NCBI RefSeq assembly: GCF_009914755.1 | Contig: NC_060930.1 | Length of the DNA: 64,000 bases | Source: the human T2T-CHM13v2.0 reference genome, Homo sapiens | Reading direction: 5' to 3' (one strand) | Part shown: positions 49,480 to 64,000 of the stretch, one piece after another | Layout: each line of letters opens with the position of its first letter | How positions within the stretch are numbered: position 1 is the stretch's first letter | Position numbers and translations under genes: made by a program | Notes under the pieces: model-generated | What the model was told of the DNA's origin: nothing | Seen by the model: the letters and a program-made list of their open reading frames with translations, nothing else | Databases searched by the model: none

Positions 49480-51500
49480 CGGTGCATTTGTTAAAATTGA
49501 TGACCTAAATTGACACATCAGTATTACTCAAAGTCCACAGTTTACAATAGGGTTTACGCTTGGTGTTGCACATTTTATGGGTTTGGATAAATATATAATG
49601 ACATACTTCCACCATTATAGTATACAGAGTATTTTCGCTGAGCTAAAAATCCTTTGTGCTCCACCAATTAATCAGTCCCTCCCTCTCCCTCTAACCCTTG
49701 GCAACTTCTGATCTTTTACTATCTCCACAGCTTTGCCTTTTCCAGAATACCATATAGTTGGAATCATACAGTATGTAACTTTTTCAGATTGGCTTCTTTC
49801 ACCTAATAATATGGTACATGTTTCCTCCATGTCTATTCATGGCTTGATAACTCATTTCTTTTTTTTAGCACTGAATGATATTCCATGGTCTGGATGTGCC
49901 ACAGTTTGTTTATTCACCTACAGAAGGAAATCTTGGTTGTTTCCAAGTTTGGGCAATTATGAATGAAGCTGCTATAGAAATATATGTGTAAGTTTTTATG
50001 TGTACATATGTTTTCAACTTCTCTGGATAGATACTAAGGAGTATAATTGCTGGCTTGTATGATAAATGTATGTTTAGTTTTGTAAGAAACTGCTAAAGTC
50101 TTCCAAAGACATCATACCATTTTGTATTTCCATCAACAATGAATTAGAGTTCCTATTTTTTGACATCCTCAACAGTATTTGGTGTTGTAAGGGTTCCGGA
50201 GTTTGGTCATTCTAATAGGTGTGTGTGTTGTCTCGTTTTAATTTGCACTTATCTGATGGGATATGATGTGGAGCATCTTTTCACAGGCTTAGTTGCTACT
50301 TGTTCTGGGTTTGTTTCTTTTCAGTCTTTCTTCTCTTTGCTTTTCGGTTTTGGAAATTTCTACTGATATATCCTTAAGTTCAAAGCTTCTTTCTTCAGCC
50401 ATGTGAAGTCTACTAATAAGCCCATCAACAGCATTCTTCATTTCTGTTACAGTATTTTATCTCTAGCATTTCTTCGTGGTTGTTTCTTAGAATTTCCATC
50501 TCTTTGCTTACATTGCCCATCTGTTCTTGCATGCTGTCTAATTTATCCATTAGAGTCCTTAGCATATTAATCATAGTTGTTTTGAATTCCCCATCTGGTA
50601 ATCCCAAAATCCCTGCCCATGTCTGTTTCTGATGCTTGCTTTCCATCTTCAAGCTGTTTTTTTTTTTTTTTTTGCCTTTTAGTTTGCCTTGTAGCTTTTT
50701 TCTTGATAGCTCAACATGATGCACTGGGTTAAAGGAATTGCTGCAAATAGATCTTCAGTAATGTGAGGGCAAGATGCAGGGGGACAGAAGGATTTCTGCA
50801 TTCTTGCAATTAGGCCTGTCTTTTAGTAAGCCTGCACCTCTGCACTGTGAATCATACAAGTGTTGCTTAGATGTTTTTCTCTTCCCTTAGATGGACAGGA
50901 TGGCTAGAGTGGGCTGGAGTTAAATATTTCCCTTCCATGACATGGAAGGTTAAAGCTGTCTGGGTTGGGTATTTTCCTCCCCCAAGAGCTGATAAAACCA
51001 CAGCAGGTTAGGCTCTGATTAGTTTCTCCTGAGGGCAGAATTTATTAAGACAAACAGGTGCTATTCAAAATAGTCCCTTTTCCTCTCCCCATGTGGAAGC
51101 ACAAGGGGATTTTTCTCTAATATTTACTGCAAGAATCTGGTCAAGTTCCTGTAAGTAAAATACACAAAAGCATGGGGCCTTGCTGTGACTGGGTCCCCCT
51201 GGAGTTTTTAACTCTCAGACTTGTCCACACCTAGCCTCCAGCAGTTCATTGATTAGAATTCAGGTTTTCTTATCTATGCAATGGTTCCCACAGATATTTC
51301 TGCTCGTGTGCTGTGATTTTCAATGTCTATCTGTCTGTCTCTCCAATTTGGGGGGGGGTGGGCACCAGTTTCCTCTGTGACCTATCTTCTTTTATGAATC
51401 TAAAAAGTTAGATTTTTCACTTCCTTCAGCTTCTCAGTTGTTAAAGCAAAGTGGCAACATCCAAGCTACTTACACGCAAAACCCTAAACTGGAAATCCAG
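49480..51500 (-). mobile_element. Old L1 (L1MC/L1MD-like) fragments: 3' UTR/ORF2 end and ORF1/5' piece
   Basis: 'ccttttccagaataccatatagttggaatcatacagtatgta' L1M 3' signature. ORF 50425-50724 encodes an L1M ORF1-like coiled coil (FKTTMINMLRTLMDKLDSMQEQMGNVSKEMEIL). Confidence 0.75.
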
Positions 51501-51867
51501 ACTGTTTTTACTGTCTTATTTTCCTTTTTTAATCCCAATTAATTGTATCTCTATTATATGTACTGTTGTTTCAAAGAAAAAAATAAAACATGGATGGACA
51601 CAGTGGCTCACACCTGTAGTCCTAGCACTTTGGGAGCCCAAGGCAGGTGGATTGCCTTAACTCAGGAGTTCCATACTAGCCTGGCCAACATGAAACCTCG
51701 TCTCCTTTAATACAAAAAGCAGCCCGGTGTGGTGGCACGTGCCTAAAATCCCAGCTACTCCGGAGGCTGAGACAGAAGAATCACTTGAAACCGGAAGGTG
51801 CAGGTTGCAGTGAGCTGAAGTCCGGCCACTGCACTCCCACCTGAGTTACAGAACAGAACTCTATCTC

Positions 51868-51900
<33 letters not shown>

Positions 51901-52022
51901 AAACAAAATATTTTGAAGTACAAAGGGCTAAAGGGCTATGGGGAAATAGTGATATTTGTATATATTCAGAAATGTGGTTAAAAGAATAAATCTGACAGCC
52001 CCTGAAAATTTCAGCATAACAC

Positions 52023-53667
52023 TGGGTCCGGAATTGGCGGGTTCTTGGTTTCACTGACTTCAAGAACAGAGCCGCGGACCCTCACGAAATTACAGTTCTT
52101 AAAGGCAGCATGTCCAGAGTTTGTTCCTGCTGATGTTTAGGTGTGTTCGGAGTTTCTTCCTTCTGATGGATTCGTGGTCTCCCTGGCCGAGGAGTGAAGC
52201 CGTAAACCTTCGCGGTGAGTTTTACAGCTCTTAAGGCAGGGCGTCTGGAGTTGTTCCCTCCTTCCAGTGGGCTCATCATCTCGCTGGCTTCAGAAATGAA
52301 ACTGCAGACTCTCCAGACAAGTGTTACAACTGCTAAGGCGACGCTTCTGGAGTTGTTCGTTCCTCTCGGTGGGCTCGTGGCTTCGCTGGCTTCAGAAGTG
52401 AGACTACAGATCTTCCCGGTGAGTGTTACAATGTATAAACGCAGTATAGACCAAAGAGTCAGCCATGACAAAATTTATTGCAAACAGCAACAAAAACAAA
52501 GCTTCAACACTGTGGGAGGAGACCCCAGTAGGTTGCCGCTGCTGGCTCGGGCAGCCTGCTTTTATTCTCTTATCCGGCCCCCACCCACGTCCTGCTGATT
52601 GGTAGAGCCGAGTGGTCTGTTTTGACAAGGCACTGATTGGTGCGTTTACAATCCCTGAGCTAGACACAAAGGTTCTCCACATCCCCACCAGGTTAACTAG
52701 ATACAGAGTGTCCATACAAAGGTTTTCCAGGGCCCCACCAGAGTAGCTAGATACAGTGACGATTGCTGTATTCACAAACCCTGAGCTAGACACAGGGTGC
52801 TGATTGGTGTGTTTACAAACCTTGAGCTGGATACAGACTGCCGATTGGTGTATTTACAATCCCTGAGCTAGACATAAAGGTTCTCCAAGGCCCCACCAGA
52901 GTAGCTAGATACAGAGTGTCGATTGGTGCATTCACAAACCCTGAGCTAGACACAGGGTGCTGATTGGTGTGTTTACAAAGCTTGAGCTCGATACAGAGTG
53001 CCGATTGGTGGATTTACAATCCCTGAGCTAGACATAAAGGTTCTCCACGACCGCACAAGACTGAGGAGCCCAGCTGGCTTCACCCAGTGAATCCCGCACC
53101 AGGGATGCAGGTGGAGCTGCCTGCCAGTCCCGCGCCCTGCGCCCGCACTCCTCAGCCCTTGGGTGGTCGATAGGACTGGCTGCTGTGGAGCAGGGGGCGG
53201 CTCTAGTCTGGGAGGCTGGGGCCGCACAGGAGCCCACGGGGGTAGGGGGAGGCTCAGGCATGGCGGGCTGCAGGTCCTGAGCCCTGCCCTGCGGGAAGAC
53301 AGCTAAGGCCCGGTGAGAAATTGAGCACAGCAGCTGCTGGCCCGGGTGCTAAGCCCCTCACTGCCCGGGGCCGGTGGGGTCGGCCGGCCGCTTTGATCGC
53401 GGGGTCCGCCGAGCCCACGCCCACCCGGAACTCACCCTGGCCCGCAAGCACCGCGCGCAGCCCCGGTTCATGTCCGCGCATCTCACTCCACATCTCCCGG
53501 CAAGCTGAGGGAGCCGGCTCCGGCCTTGGCTAGCCCAGAAAGGGGCTCCCACAGTGCAGCGGCGGGCTGAAGAGCTCCTTAAGTGCCGCCAAAGTGGGAG
53601 CCCCGGCAGAGGAGGCGCCGAGAGCGAGCAAGGGCTGTGAGGACTGCCAGCACGCTGTCACCTCTCA
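52023..53667 (-). mobile_element. LTR12C (ERV9) solo LTR, complete, 1645 bp
   Basis: Minus strand starts TGAGAGGTGACAGCGTGCTGGCAGTCCTCACAGCCC and ends ..AATTCCGGACCCA. Perfect TSD ACAC (52019-52022, 53668-53671). Tandem U3 repeats carry 7 CCAAT boxes, and there is an AATAAA TATA-equivalent at about 52562-52567. Confidence 0.95.
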
Positions 53668-54347
53668 ACACAAATTGACTTGTTTTCAAATAGATTTGGT
53701 GATTTTTTTAAATGCAGGTTTTAATTTCAGGCTTCTATTATCACATACCTTTTTTTTAAGATTTACAGTTCTAGGCTGGGTGCGGTGGCTCACGCCTGTA
53801 ATCGCAGCACTTTGGGAGGCCAAGGCAGGGGATCACTTGAGGTCAGGAGTTCGAGATAAGCCTGGCCAACGTGGTGAAACCTCCTCTCTACTAAAAATAC
53901 AAAAATTAGCCAGGCGCGGTGGTGGGTGCCCGTAATCCCGGCTACTCAGGAGGCTGAGACAGGAGAATTGCTTGAACCCGGGAGGTGGAGATTTCAGTGA
54001 GCCGAGATCGTGCCACTGCACTCCAGCCTAGGTGACACAGCAAGACTCCGTCTCAAAAAAAAAAAAAAAAAAAAAAAAAGATTTACAGTTCTAGTTATAG
54101 CAAGCTTTCTGTAACACTGATTGGGTTAGGCAAAGATCGTGTCAGTCATTTTGCAAATGTGTTAATCTTCAAAAATAGGCTGTAAAAGTACAAAACTATG
54201 AAAACAGAATATAGATTATGTACATGTGGCTCAGCTGTGAACAGAAAAAAAGGTAAATAGTGTACAGTTTGCTGATACAAAGCACTTCATTGCAGTGCCA
54301 GCAGACTGATCTCAAATGAGGTGTCCCTTGTAACACAAGAGCGAAGA

Positions 54348-55022
<675 letters not shown>

Positions 55023-56776
55023 AGACTTCTATCAAGGACACCTTGCATTGCATAATTAAAATAAAAATAGGATTCTTTTACGATGTTATCCTTGCTCTAT
55101 GGAGAAGAGCAGGGCCAAACTGTTTATTTTTTAAACAGTTTCTTAGTAAAATATTTTGTGGTTGCTAAACCCATGTACTACTGCATAAACTCAGCCATGG
55201 ACAGCACATTAAAGAAACAAAAGTTTAAACTCTCTAGGAAGCCAGCTGGTGGACATCCTCTCTAAAGCCCAAATTGCATGTGCACTGAGACAAACGTTGC
55301 TGCTTCAAAACAACCAAAATTGGGAAAATAACTGAGGTCCAGAAACAAATTTTCTCTCTCCTGACTCCTCCTCTTCTCTTAATATGGTGGATAGATTCTT
55401 TAATGCTCAAAGGCTTTCAAATATAAACAGAAATATCTGCTACTGTTTGTCTAATACACAAGTAATTTTTAAAAATTCACATACTATTTTCACAATATAT
55501 TAAAAATCACTTTTATTTCCCTCACACGTTTAAATATTTTAATACACACTCATAAAAATTCAGGTCTAATATGTCAAATTATTTTATTTTTAAATGCTAG
55601 AAACACCTTAGTACTGTGTTATTGTTAGAAAATGAAACAGCAGGCCGGGCGCGGTGGCTCACGCCTGTAATCCCAGCACTTTGGGAGGCCGAGGTGAGTG
55701 GATCACCTGAGGTCAGAGGTTCAAGACCAGCCTGGTCCACATGGTGAAACCCCATCTCTACTAAATATACAAAAATTAGCCGGGCATGGTGGCAGTCGCC
55801 TGTAATCCTAGCTACTCGGGAGGCTGAGACAGGAGAATTGCTTAAACCCTGGAGGCGGAGGTTGCAGAGAGCCAAGATCGTGCCATTGCACTACAGCCTG
55901 GGCAGTAAGAGCAAAAACGTCACCTCAAAAAAAAAAAAAAAAATGAAACAGCAATGTTGTATTCATCAATACCTTACATCAGCGGTTCTCAAACATAAGC
56001 GTGTACCAGAATCACCCTCAGGGCTTACTAAAACACAGATTATTGAGCCCTACTTCCACAGTCCCTGACTCATAGGTCTGGAGTAGTCCTAGAGAATTTG
56101 TATTTTTAGTAAGATCCTAGGTGATGCTGATGCTGTTGTTCTGAGGACCACATTTTGAGATCTACTGCCTGACACTGAATTCTGTTTCTCACATTTTGTA
56201 ACCCAGATTTATATTTGAATATTCACATTTCTCTTACGCTTTTTATTCAACAAGATACAGATTTACTCACCCAATCTACTGAGTGGGATTTTTCTTCTTA
56301 GACGAGGCGGAGGGTTGGTTTGTGGATAATTCCAAGCCCAAAACCTAAGACTGGGTATGCCTTACAAGATCAATCTATCCCAGTACTTTACCCACTGAAC
56401 TGGCTTCTGATTACAGTTAGACTTTGTATAATACATCAGGAAATTTCCCAGTGGTTTGCTGTAACCATCTATGGTTCTACTTTTCTTTATTCTGGCCATT
56501 TCAATTGACTGGATCTGAATGATTTATATACATAGTCCTGCTCAGATAAAAGCCAGTTTTGCAACCCCTTGTTCTGTGTTGGGCCTGGTGAGTTTCCAAT
56601 TACTCTAAAGGACTTAGTGACATTGATTTAAATCTTCTTTCTCACATTCATGACCTGCAAAATTCACACAATTCTTGCACAACAAACTATTTAAAACTAA
56701 TTTTGGGGGGAAAAAAAATTGATCGAATACAGTATATTTTTAAAAACTTTTTTTGGAACAACAAGGGTCTATGTGT

Positions 56777-56848
56777 GGGGATGTAGCTCAGTGGTAGAGC
56801 GCATGCTTTGCATGTATGAGGTCCCGGGTTCGATCCCCGGCATCTCCA
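56777..56848 (+). tRNA. TRA-TGC2-1: tRNA-Ala (anticodon TGC)
   Basis: 72-nt GGGGATGTAGCTCAGTGGTAGAGCGCATGCTTTGCATGTATGAGGTCCCGGGTTCGATCCCCGGCATCTCCA. G3:U70, TTTT at 56862-56865. Locus number is from memory. Confidence 0.97.
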
Positions 56849-57202
56849 ATAGGTATTAAGGTTTTAGCGCTGATTCTTGTTCAACGTATGTGCTGCTGAG
56901 CAAATCTTCCGCTCACTGTTATTGCCAAGGTCTCTCAGGCCCTGGAGCCTTTTCTGGAAAGTGGGAGGGGTAAGAAAGGAGGTTAGGCAGAAAAAGGATT
57001 TGTTTGTTTCCACCTCTGCCCTTTGTTTTTTCAACATCTCTTTCATCTTTTCACAGTGCTTCTAGGTTTCCAGGCGAAAACCAAGTATTTTATTTCTCAT
57101 TCCTTCTATTTTACAAGTGATCATATATATATATCAGATATATATGATATATATGATATAATATATACCTATATATGATATATATATGATATAATATATA
57201 CC

Positions 57203-57235
<33 letters not shown>

Positions 57236-58181
57236 TGAGATGGAGTCTAGCTCCGTCACCCAGGCTGGAGTGCAGTGGCGCAATCTCGGCTCACCGCAAG
57301 CTCCGCCTCCCGGGTTCATGCCATTCTCCTGCCTCAGCCTCCTGAGTAGCTGGCACTACACCACGCCCGGCTAATTTTTTGTATTTTTAGTAGAGACAGG
57401 GTTTCACCGTGTTAGCCAGGATGGTCTCGATCTCCTGACCTCGTGATCCACCCGCCTCGGCCTCCCAAAATGCTGGGATTACAGGCGTGAAACACCGCGC
57501 CCGGCCACAAGTGATGATATTTAAAGTCAACTGTTGAATAGAAAGTACATTACTGGGCCGGGCCCGGTGGCTGGGAGGGGAAGGAAACATTTTTTTCCTA
57601 TAGCAGAAAGATAACTTGTAAATGTAAAATAAATGATGGATTTACAAGATCATCATTTGGCAACCATCATACTTCTAACTGATTCAGGCCAGGATCATCA
57701 ATGGGTGCTAAATTAAGTTGATAAAAGTTGAATGATAACAGGATATTTACATAGTCTCAAAGTCAGGATACTTATTAATGACAGTGGAGAAACCTGGCAA
57801 ACACTGTCATAACCAGGTGACCAAAATTAATACCACTGGTAATGGGACAACTGCCATTAAATATCTCCTGGTAAAATGCACTGAAAAGGGCACAATGTCA
57901 GCTCTCTGGTATTCCTACCCAAAATACATAAACTAAATCCAATCATGAGGAAATAGCAGACTAACCCAAATAGAGGAATACTTTATAAAATAACTGTCCT
58001 GTACTATTTTAAAAATACCAATGTTATAAAAGAAAAAGAAAGGCTACAGAACATGACAATTCAACATATGCTCAAAGATTTTCTTTTGCTAAAAAGGACA
58101 TTTTAGGGACAATTAGCACAGTCTGAATAAGGCCCATATATTGGACAATAGCATTGTATCAATGTTAATTTCTGATTTTGA

Positions 58182-58496
<315 letters not shown>

Positions 58497-61400
58497 TGAC
58501 CAGGCTGGTCTCAAACTTCTGACCTCGTGATCCACCCACCTTGGCCTCCCAAAGTGCTGGGATTACAGGCATGAGCCACCATGCCTGGCAACTTATTCTT
58601 AAATGGCAAATGGTTTAGTATGTGTGCGTGTGTGTGTGTCTGTGTGTATACATGTATATAGGAACTTTTAGCTCATATGTATATTTCATATGTATAAAAT
58701 ATATATGTATACATATATACATATGAGATGTGAGATAACAGTATATCTCACACGTATATGAGATAAAGGCATATCTCATATGTATAAGAGATTAAAAGTA
58801 TATCTCATATGTATAAAATATATATGTATACATATATATATACATAAGAGATATACATATGAGAGAAGGTCCATATTTGGGAAGATTGAGTGAAGGATGC
58901 AACTTTTCTGTAAAAATGAAATTATTTTAAAAGTAAAAATTAAAATAAAAAGAAAAGAATGAGATAGACCTTAGGCTAGTCAAGTTGCTTACCAAAGGTC
59001 CACATTTGGTAGTGAAGGATCCAGGACATGCATACAGACTTTGTCACTGACAACTCCATGCTCCTTTCACTCCTGTGCACAGTCAGTCACTTTATTGCCA
59101 GCCTTTTCTCTGCATTTATATGTGAACAGATTTTTCTCTGGTGTGACTTGATCCATTGAATGAGCATTGCTCTCACTAGAGGGAGGAAAGCATCTTTGGA
59201 TTGAGTTGAGAGCCACTTCACTTTTCAATCTGTGGTCCAGTACATAAACTTAGAAGTTGTTTGCTAAGTTTGCACAGAGACTGACTCAGCTCTTTGCTGA
59301 GTGTGAGGGGACTGCAAAGCTCTTTTAAGGCTCCTTAGATAATTCACCTTGGGGATGAAAAGACCTTAGAGGACTTGACTCCAGCCTCTCTTATTCTGGC
59401 AGCTCGGAACTTTATATAAGAAACAGAATAGAAAGCTAAACTTTCGAGAGAACTCCCAGTAAGCACAACTAAATTCTCATTGAAACCTTAGTGAATTCAT
59501 CACCATTAAGTAAAGAGAAAGAGGATAGGATTATTTCTTATTAATCAAAAATTAAACAAAGGCATTGATGTACTTGTCTGATGAAGTTTTACTCTTAAAA
59601 CATTTGGAAAAGGAGTCATTTGTGAGCAATAACTCCCCTGAGGTTGCAGATATAGGCTTTTTCTCAATTGGGGGGTTTTCCCCCTAAAACTTGATGCCAA
59701 TTCCTTTTAAGTATTTCTTACATTTATACTTTCTCCACTTCTGATTATGTTACTGGTTATCTGCTTTTCTAGTTAATTTTAAATTTATTTTCTGAAAAGA
59801 ACACAATAAATAGGAGAATACATCTGAAACCTTATATTTTTTTCTTCACTCATAATTTTTGAAATGTGTTTATGTTCAATTACACATGGATTTTGGTTGC
59901 TCTTAATATAAAATTAAAACTCCTTGGCATGGCCTCTAAAATTCTGACACAGTTTGGTCCTATCCTTCTGCATCCCATCTCTCAGGCTGCTTGCCCATGG
60001 CCTTCCCACTGTACTCATACCAGCTTTTTTCCAGTCCAATGCACTTTGTCCAACTTCCTCTGCCTGGGTTTTCCTATGCTCTGTCTCCCTTTCCTATGCT
60101 GTCCTCTTTCTTTGCAACTGAAGACTCTCTTCTTATCTCCCTGATGAAACCAAATCCCATCGGTGTGTTCTAAATCACAGTCATTCTTTTTTTGCAGCAC
60201 TTATCATAGCCACAATGTTATGTTTGTCATTATATAAATAACTTCTATCCATTCACCCACCCCCAACTAAGCTCTTATCTCCTTTGGGATAGAGACCAGG
60301 CCTGTTCAGTTTACCTTTCCACACCTTGGTGTGAGTAGGCATAGAATTAATAATTTTGGGAATGAATGAGGGGATGACTAGAGTTCCGTAATTATCACAT
60401 AAAACAGATGAAGGCATATCTTCCACTGCTTGAAGTTAGCTTTAAGAGGTGTTTATGGACCACATAGAATTCTTTTCAGAATTCACTTCAGTGATCTCAC
60501 ATCCAGAAATATAACTTTTTGAAACTGGCATGCTGGCTCAGAGTCATAACACTCCTGTTGGGAAATCTGCTTCTAATAACCCACTTTAAATCAACCAAGG
60601 GAAGGGAGTGATAGTACTATAAAAATCAATGTCAAGAAATAAAATATGACCCCTGTCCCTAAAACAGCTTATTTTTTCTGAACATTCATTTGCGATTTAC
60701 TGTTTATTGATTTATGAAAGTCATGGATTTTTTTCAGTGGCACATGGACACCCAAGAACTTAAGGAGGTCAGAGAAAATCTCAAAAGAATATGCAAAATT
60801 TGTCCGTAAGTCTGTGTGTGTGTGTGTCTGTGTGTTTATAGACAAAAGTTTTTTTTAGATAATGTAATGAGTTCATGTGCCATAAAATTTTAAGAACCAT
60901 TATTCTAAATCACACTGGATACTGTTTGTTTTTATAAATAATATTATTTGTTACTTAAGACTTTGACTTAAATAACTTTGACTTAAGTAACTGAGAAATA
61001 TTGGATTTAAATATTAGCTTGATTATCAGCTGTAAGATTTGGGCAAGTTTATTTCCTTCTGATACTTCATTTTTAATCTGTAAAATTGGCATAATAATGT
61101 TTACTTCAGTGAATATTCTAGGAATTAAAAGCATGTGAGAAAATACACAAAGTGCAACTTAGTAAATGTTCCATAAATTGCAACCATTTTTCATCCATGT
61201 GGACTTTAAGCAAGGTTAACATGGAGTTTGAGAAACCAGAAGAATATATTTTTAATGTTTTGAATTAAAAGTTTTACAATTTTATTTTAGAGATTTTTTA
61301 TCCGTGATTGAACTTGAACCCCTGAGTTTGGTGAAATTCCAATATAACTGTCTGGGAGATCATCAGAAACTAATAGTCTTTGAGGATGCAGGTGTAATGA

Positions 61401-61539
61401 AGAGAGATTGGAGAGATTAAAGCTCTATGCAGTGGACTTGATATTGTGATTAAGGATTATAGACTAAAAATTGTGATAAATTTACAAAAACAGACGGCCC
61501 TTATTAAAGGGGGAAAGAAAAAAAAACACGCACACCCTA

Positions 61540-61613
61540 AGGCCCCGCTGGGATTCGAACCCAGGATCTCCTGTTTACGAGACAGGCGCTTTAGCCAACT
61601 AAGCCACAGAGCC
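61540..61613 (-). tRNA. TRT-CGT3-1: tRNA-Thr (anticodon CGT)
   Basis: Reverse complement GGCTCTGTGGCTTAGTTGGCTAAAGCGCCTGTCTCGTAAACAGGAGATCCTGGGTTCGAATCCCAGCGGGGCCT. 74 nt, T9 terminator at 61518-61526. Locus number is from memory. Confidence 0.96.
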
Positions 61614-63388
61614 AGCCGTGCAGATTCTGTGGCTTCTTTTATGACCGAATTGCACTTAATTAGGTGACAAATTCTGTTGCCATTAAGAGTTACTGTGTTT
61701 TCGAATACATCAACTTTGCAGTAAAGGCAGACTCCTGAAAGGAACTTCTAGAAATTAGACTCCCTTCAAGTCCAACAAAACACACCCACACTCACACAAT
61801 CACTTAGAAAATGTGCTTAGAACAATGTCAGCGCGTCCCAGAGGGCAAATAAAACCGTGAAATCGGAGAGTGGAGATGAACCGTGTTCCCAGCGGAGGAA
61901 GAGGCATCGGTCTCTAGACGTGGCGAGAGCAGTTTTTACATTCCATGGCATTGCGGTGATTTCGAATCATCAAGTGGTTGGATTCTAAAAGTGGAGTGAA
62001 AAGCTTTTCTAGCAAAACAGATCATTCAGAATTTTCATCACATTAATGGCTTTTCTGGCCAATTAGAAGATAGCACACGGATGCGCTGAAAAACAAAAAC
62101 TGTTAACGCGTTCAGACTCTCCAAACAGCTGCCAGATCACTGCTTTAGAGAAAGCAGGCGACAGCTGGGAGGCGACCTGGTCGGAGCTCACTTAACGGTT
62201 TTGTATTTCAAATCCAAAGAGACTTTGCCTGCTCGAGGCTTGTGTTCCCGCGGCTCCTGAGAGGGGGCACAGATGGAAACCAGAAGGGGAGGCGTCACCG
62301 GACAGGGTCTTTCCTAATTCTGCCTTCCTCATTTTGGTTCTTCAAGCTTCAATTAGATGTTTCCTAATATCTTCCTTATGGATCCGCACCTTGTAGAAGC
62401 TAAACAAACATTAATTGATTGAAAAATCCCCAAATTAAGATCCATTCTGAAACTGTTAACGATTGTATCCTAGTTTTCTGCCTTTGCTTAGTACTGAGGC
62501 TGGTGCCAAAGTGAGGGAGTGAGTTCACCAAATAAAGCAAGCGTCTCTGCACATTACCCAGCTTCCCCGCCATGTTAAAAAGACAACAGGGAGGACTACA
62601 AAATTCCCTATTTAACCTGGCAAAGGCTGTAAGGGGCTCTGGGCCGGATAATGCCCTTGAATCCTAAAGTCTTTCTTAATTCCTCTCTTGAGCCAAAATT
62701 TGGAGCATTGCCATTTCGTATCCCATTCAGAATGTTTTTGTAGTGAATATAAACTTATTTTCCTGTTAACCAAGATAGTCACGTTTTAATTTAATATAGA
62801 TTAACAAACTGTTATGATTAGACCTGTACTAACAGTTACTGTATTAAGAGTTACTGTATATTTACTGAGTTTGGGAAGCAACATCCCCCAAAATCATAAG
62901 GACCAGGAATCATAGCCTTTCTGAATTTGAATCAGCTGAATTGTTTATGATCAGGATTGTACTAACTTCAGTTACTAAAATATAACTGGGATGGCATCAT
63001 GTCCAGGGAAATATTGTTCAAGTTTTTTCCAACAAGAACGATGTATTGAATACCTACTATGTGTCAGGCATTGAAATAACTTCTGTAGACACAACTAGGC
63101 ACAAGGTAGCCAGATGATAAAAATCAAACAAGAAACAGTATCACAATAAAAGAAGTACAATGTGATAGTTGAGTGCCTAGCAGGTCCCAGTAATCAAGTT
63201 CAAAGCATAATACTTTGTTTTAGGTATATTTCTGACATTGCCCAGTTCAACTAATTTTAAAATTTCTTTTTGACTTTTGCTGGAAAAAGTCCTAATAGAT
63301 TTTTCCCCCCTAATGTCACAATTAGTACTTGAACACACCTAGAATACGTTCAAGTTAATCCAAGATATTTAAACAAAATAAAGAATAT

Positions 63389-63852
<464 letters not shown>

Positions 63853-64000
63853 CTAGCCCAGTGGGATCCTCCTCCAAATAGAGTTGCACTCAAAAAGAAA
63901 AAAAAAAATATGTGAGTGAATTGAAAGGCTAAATAATTCACATGAGATCTCCAGCCAATTTGATGCAAAAGTGCTCAACTAACATCAGAATCCAAGACAG

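Noticed and set aside
52590-53050. Tandem ~40-bp repeat array
   Set aside because: Standard LTR12C U3 enhancer repeats.
61660-62340. Moderately CpG-rich segment upstream of tRNA-Thr, possibly a lncRNA exon
   Set aside because: No sequence feature lets me define a gene; the CpG retention is explained by the adjacent tRNA gene.

Overview
Human genomic DNA from the tRNA-gene cluster of the extended MHC class I region (6p22.1, recognised from content). The left edge holds the start of the SCAND3 (ZBED9) CDS and its CpG promoter on the minus strand. There are five intact tRNA genes (Gln-TTG, Ser-GCT, Ala-AGC, Ala-TGC, Thr-CGT) and two decayed Ala-TGC copies. Most of the rest is transposon DNA: about 37 Alus, a near full-length inactivated L1PA3/4 nested in an older L1, and solo LTR12C, LTR14, THE1/MST and MLT2 LTRs. 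Two retro-derived loci stand out. (1) A near full-length minus-strand paralog of the lncRNA NORAD (about 23.5-30.0 kb) keeps its CpG-rich 5' end, repeat-unit hairpins and 8-9 Pumilio elements. It has lost its poly(A) signal and has gained five Alus and a new 5' splice site, so it may act as a distal first exon for SCAND3. (2) A COX8C retrocopy keeps a full-length ORF through compensating frameshifts. Family and gene identities come from recalled sequences, not database searches. Repeat boundaries are approximate unless TSDs are given.
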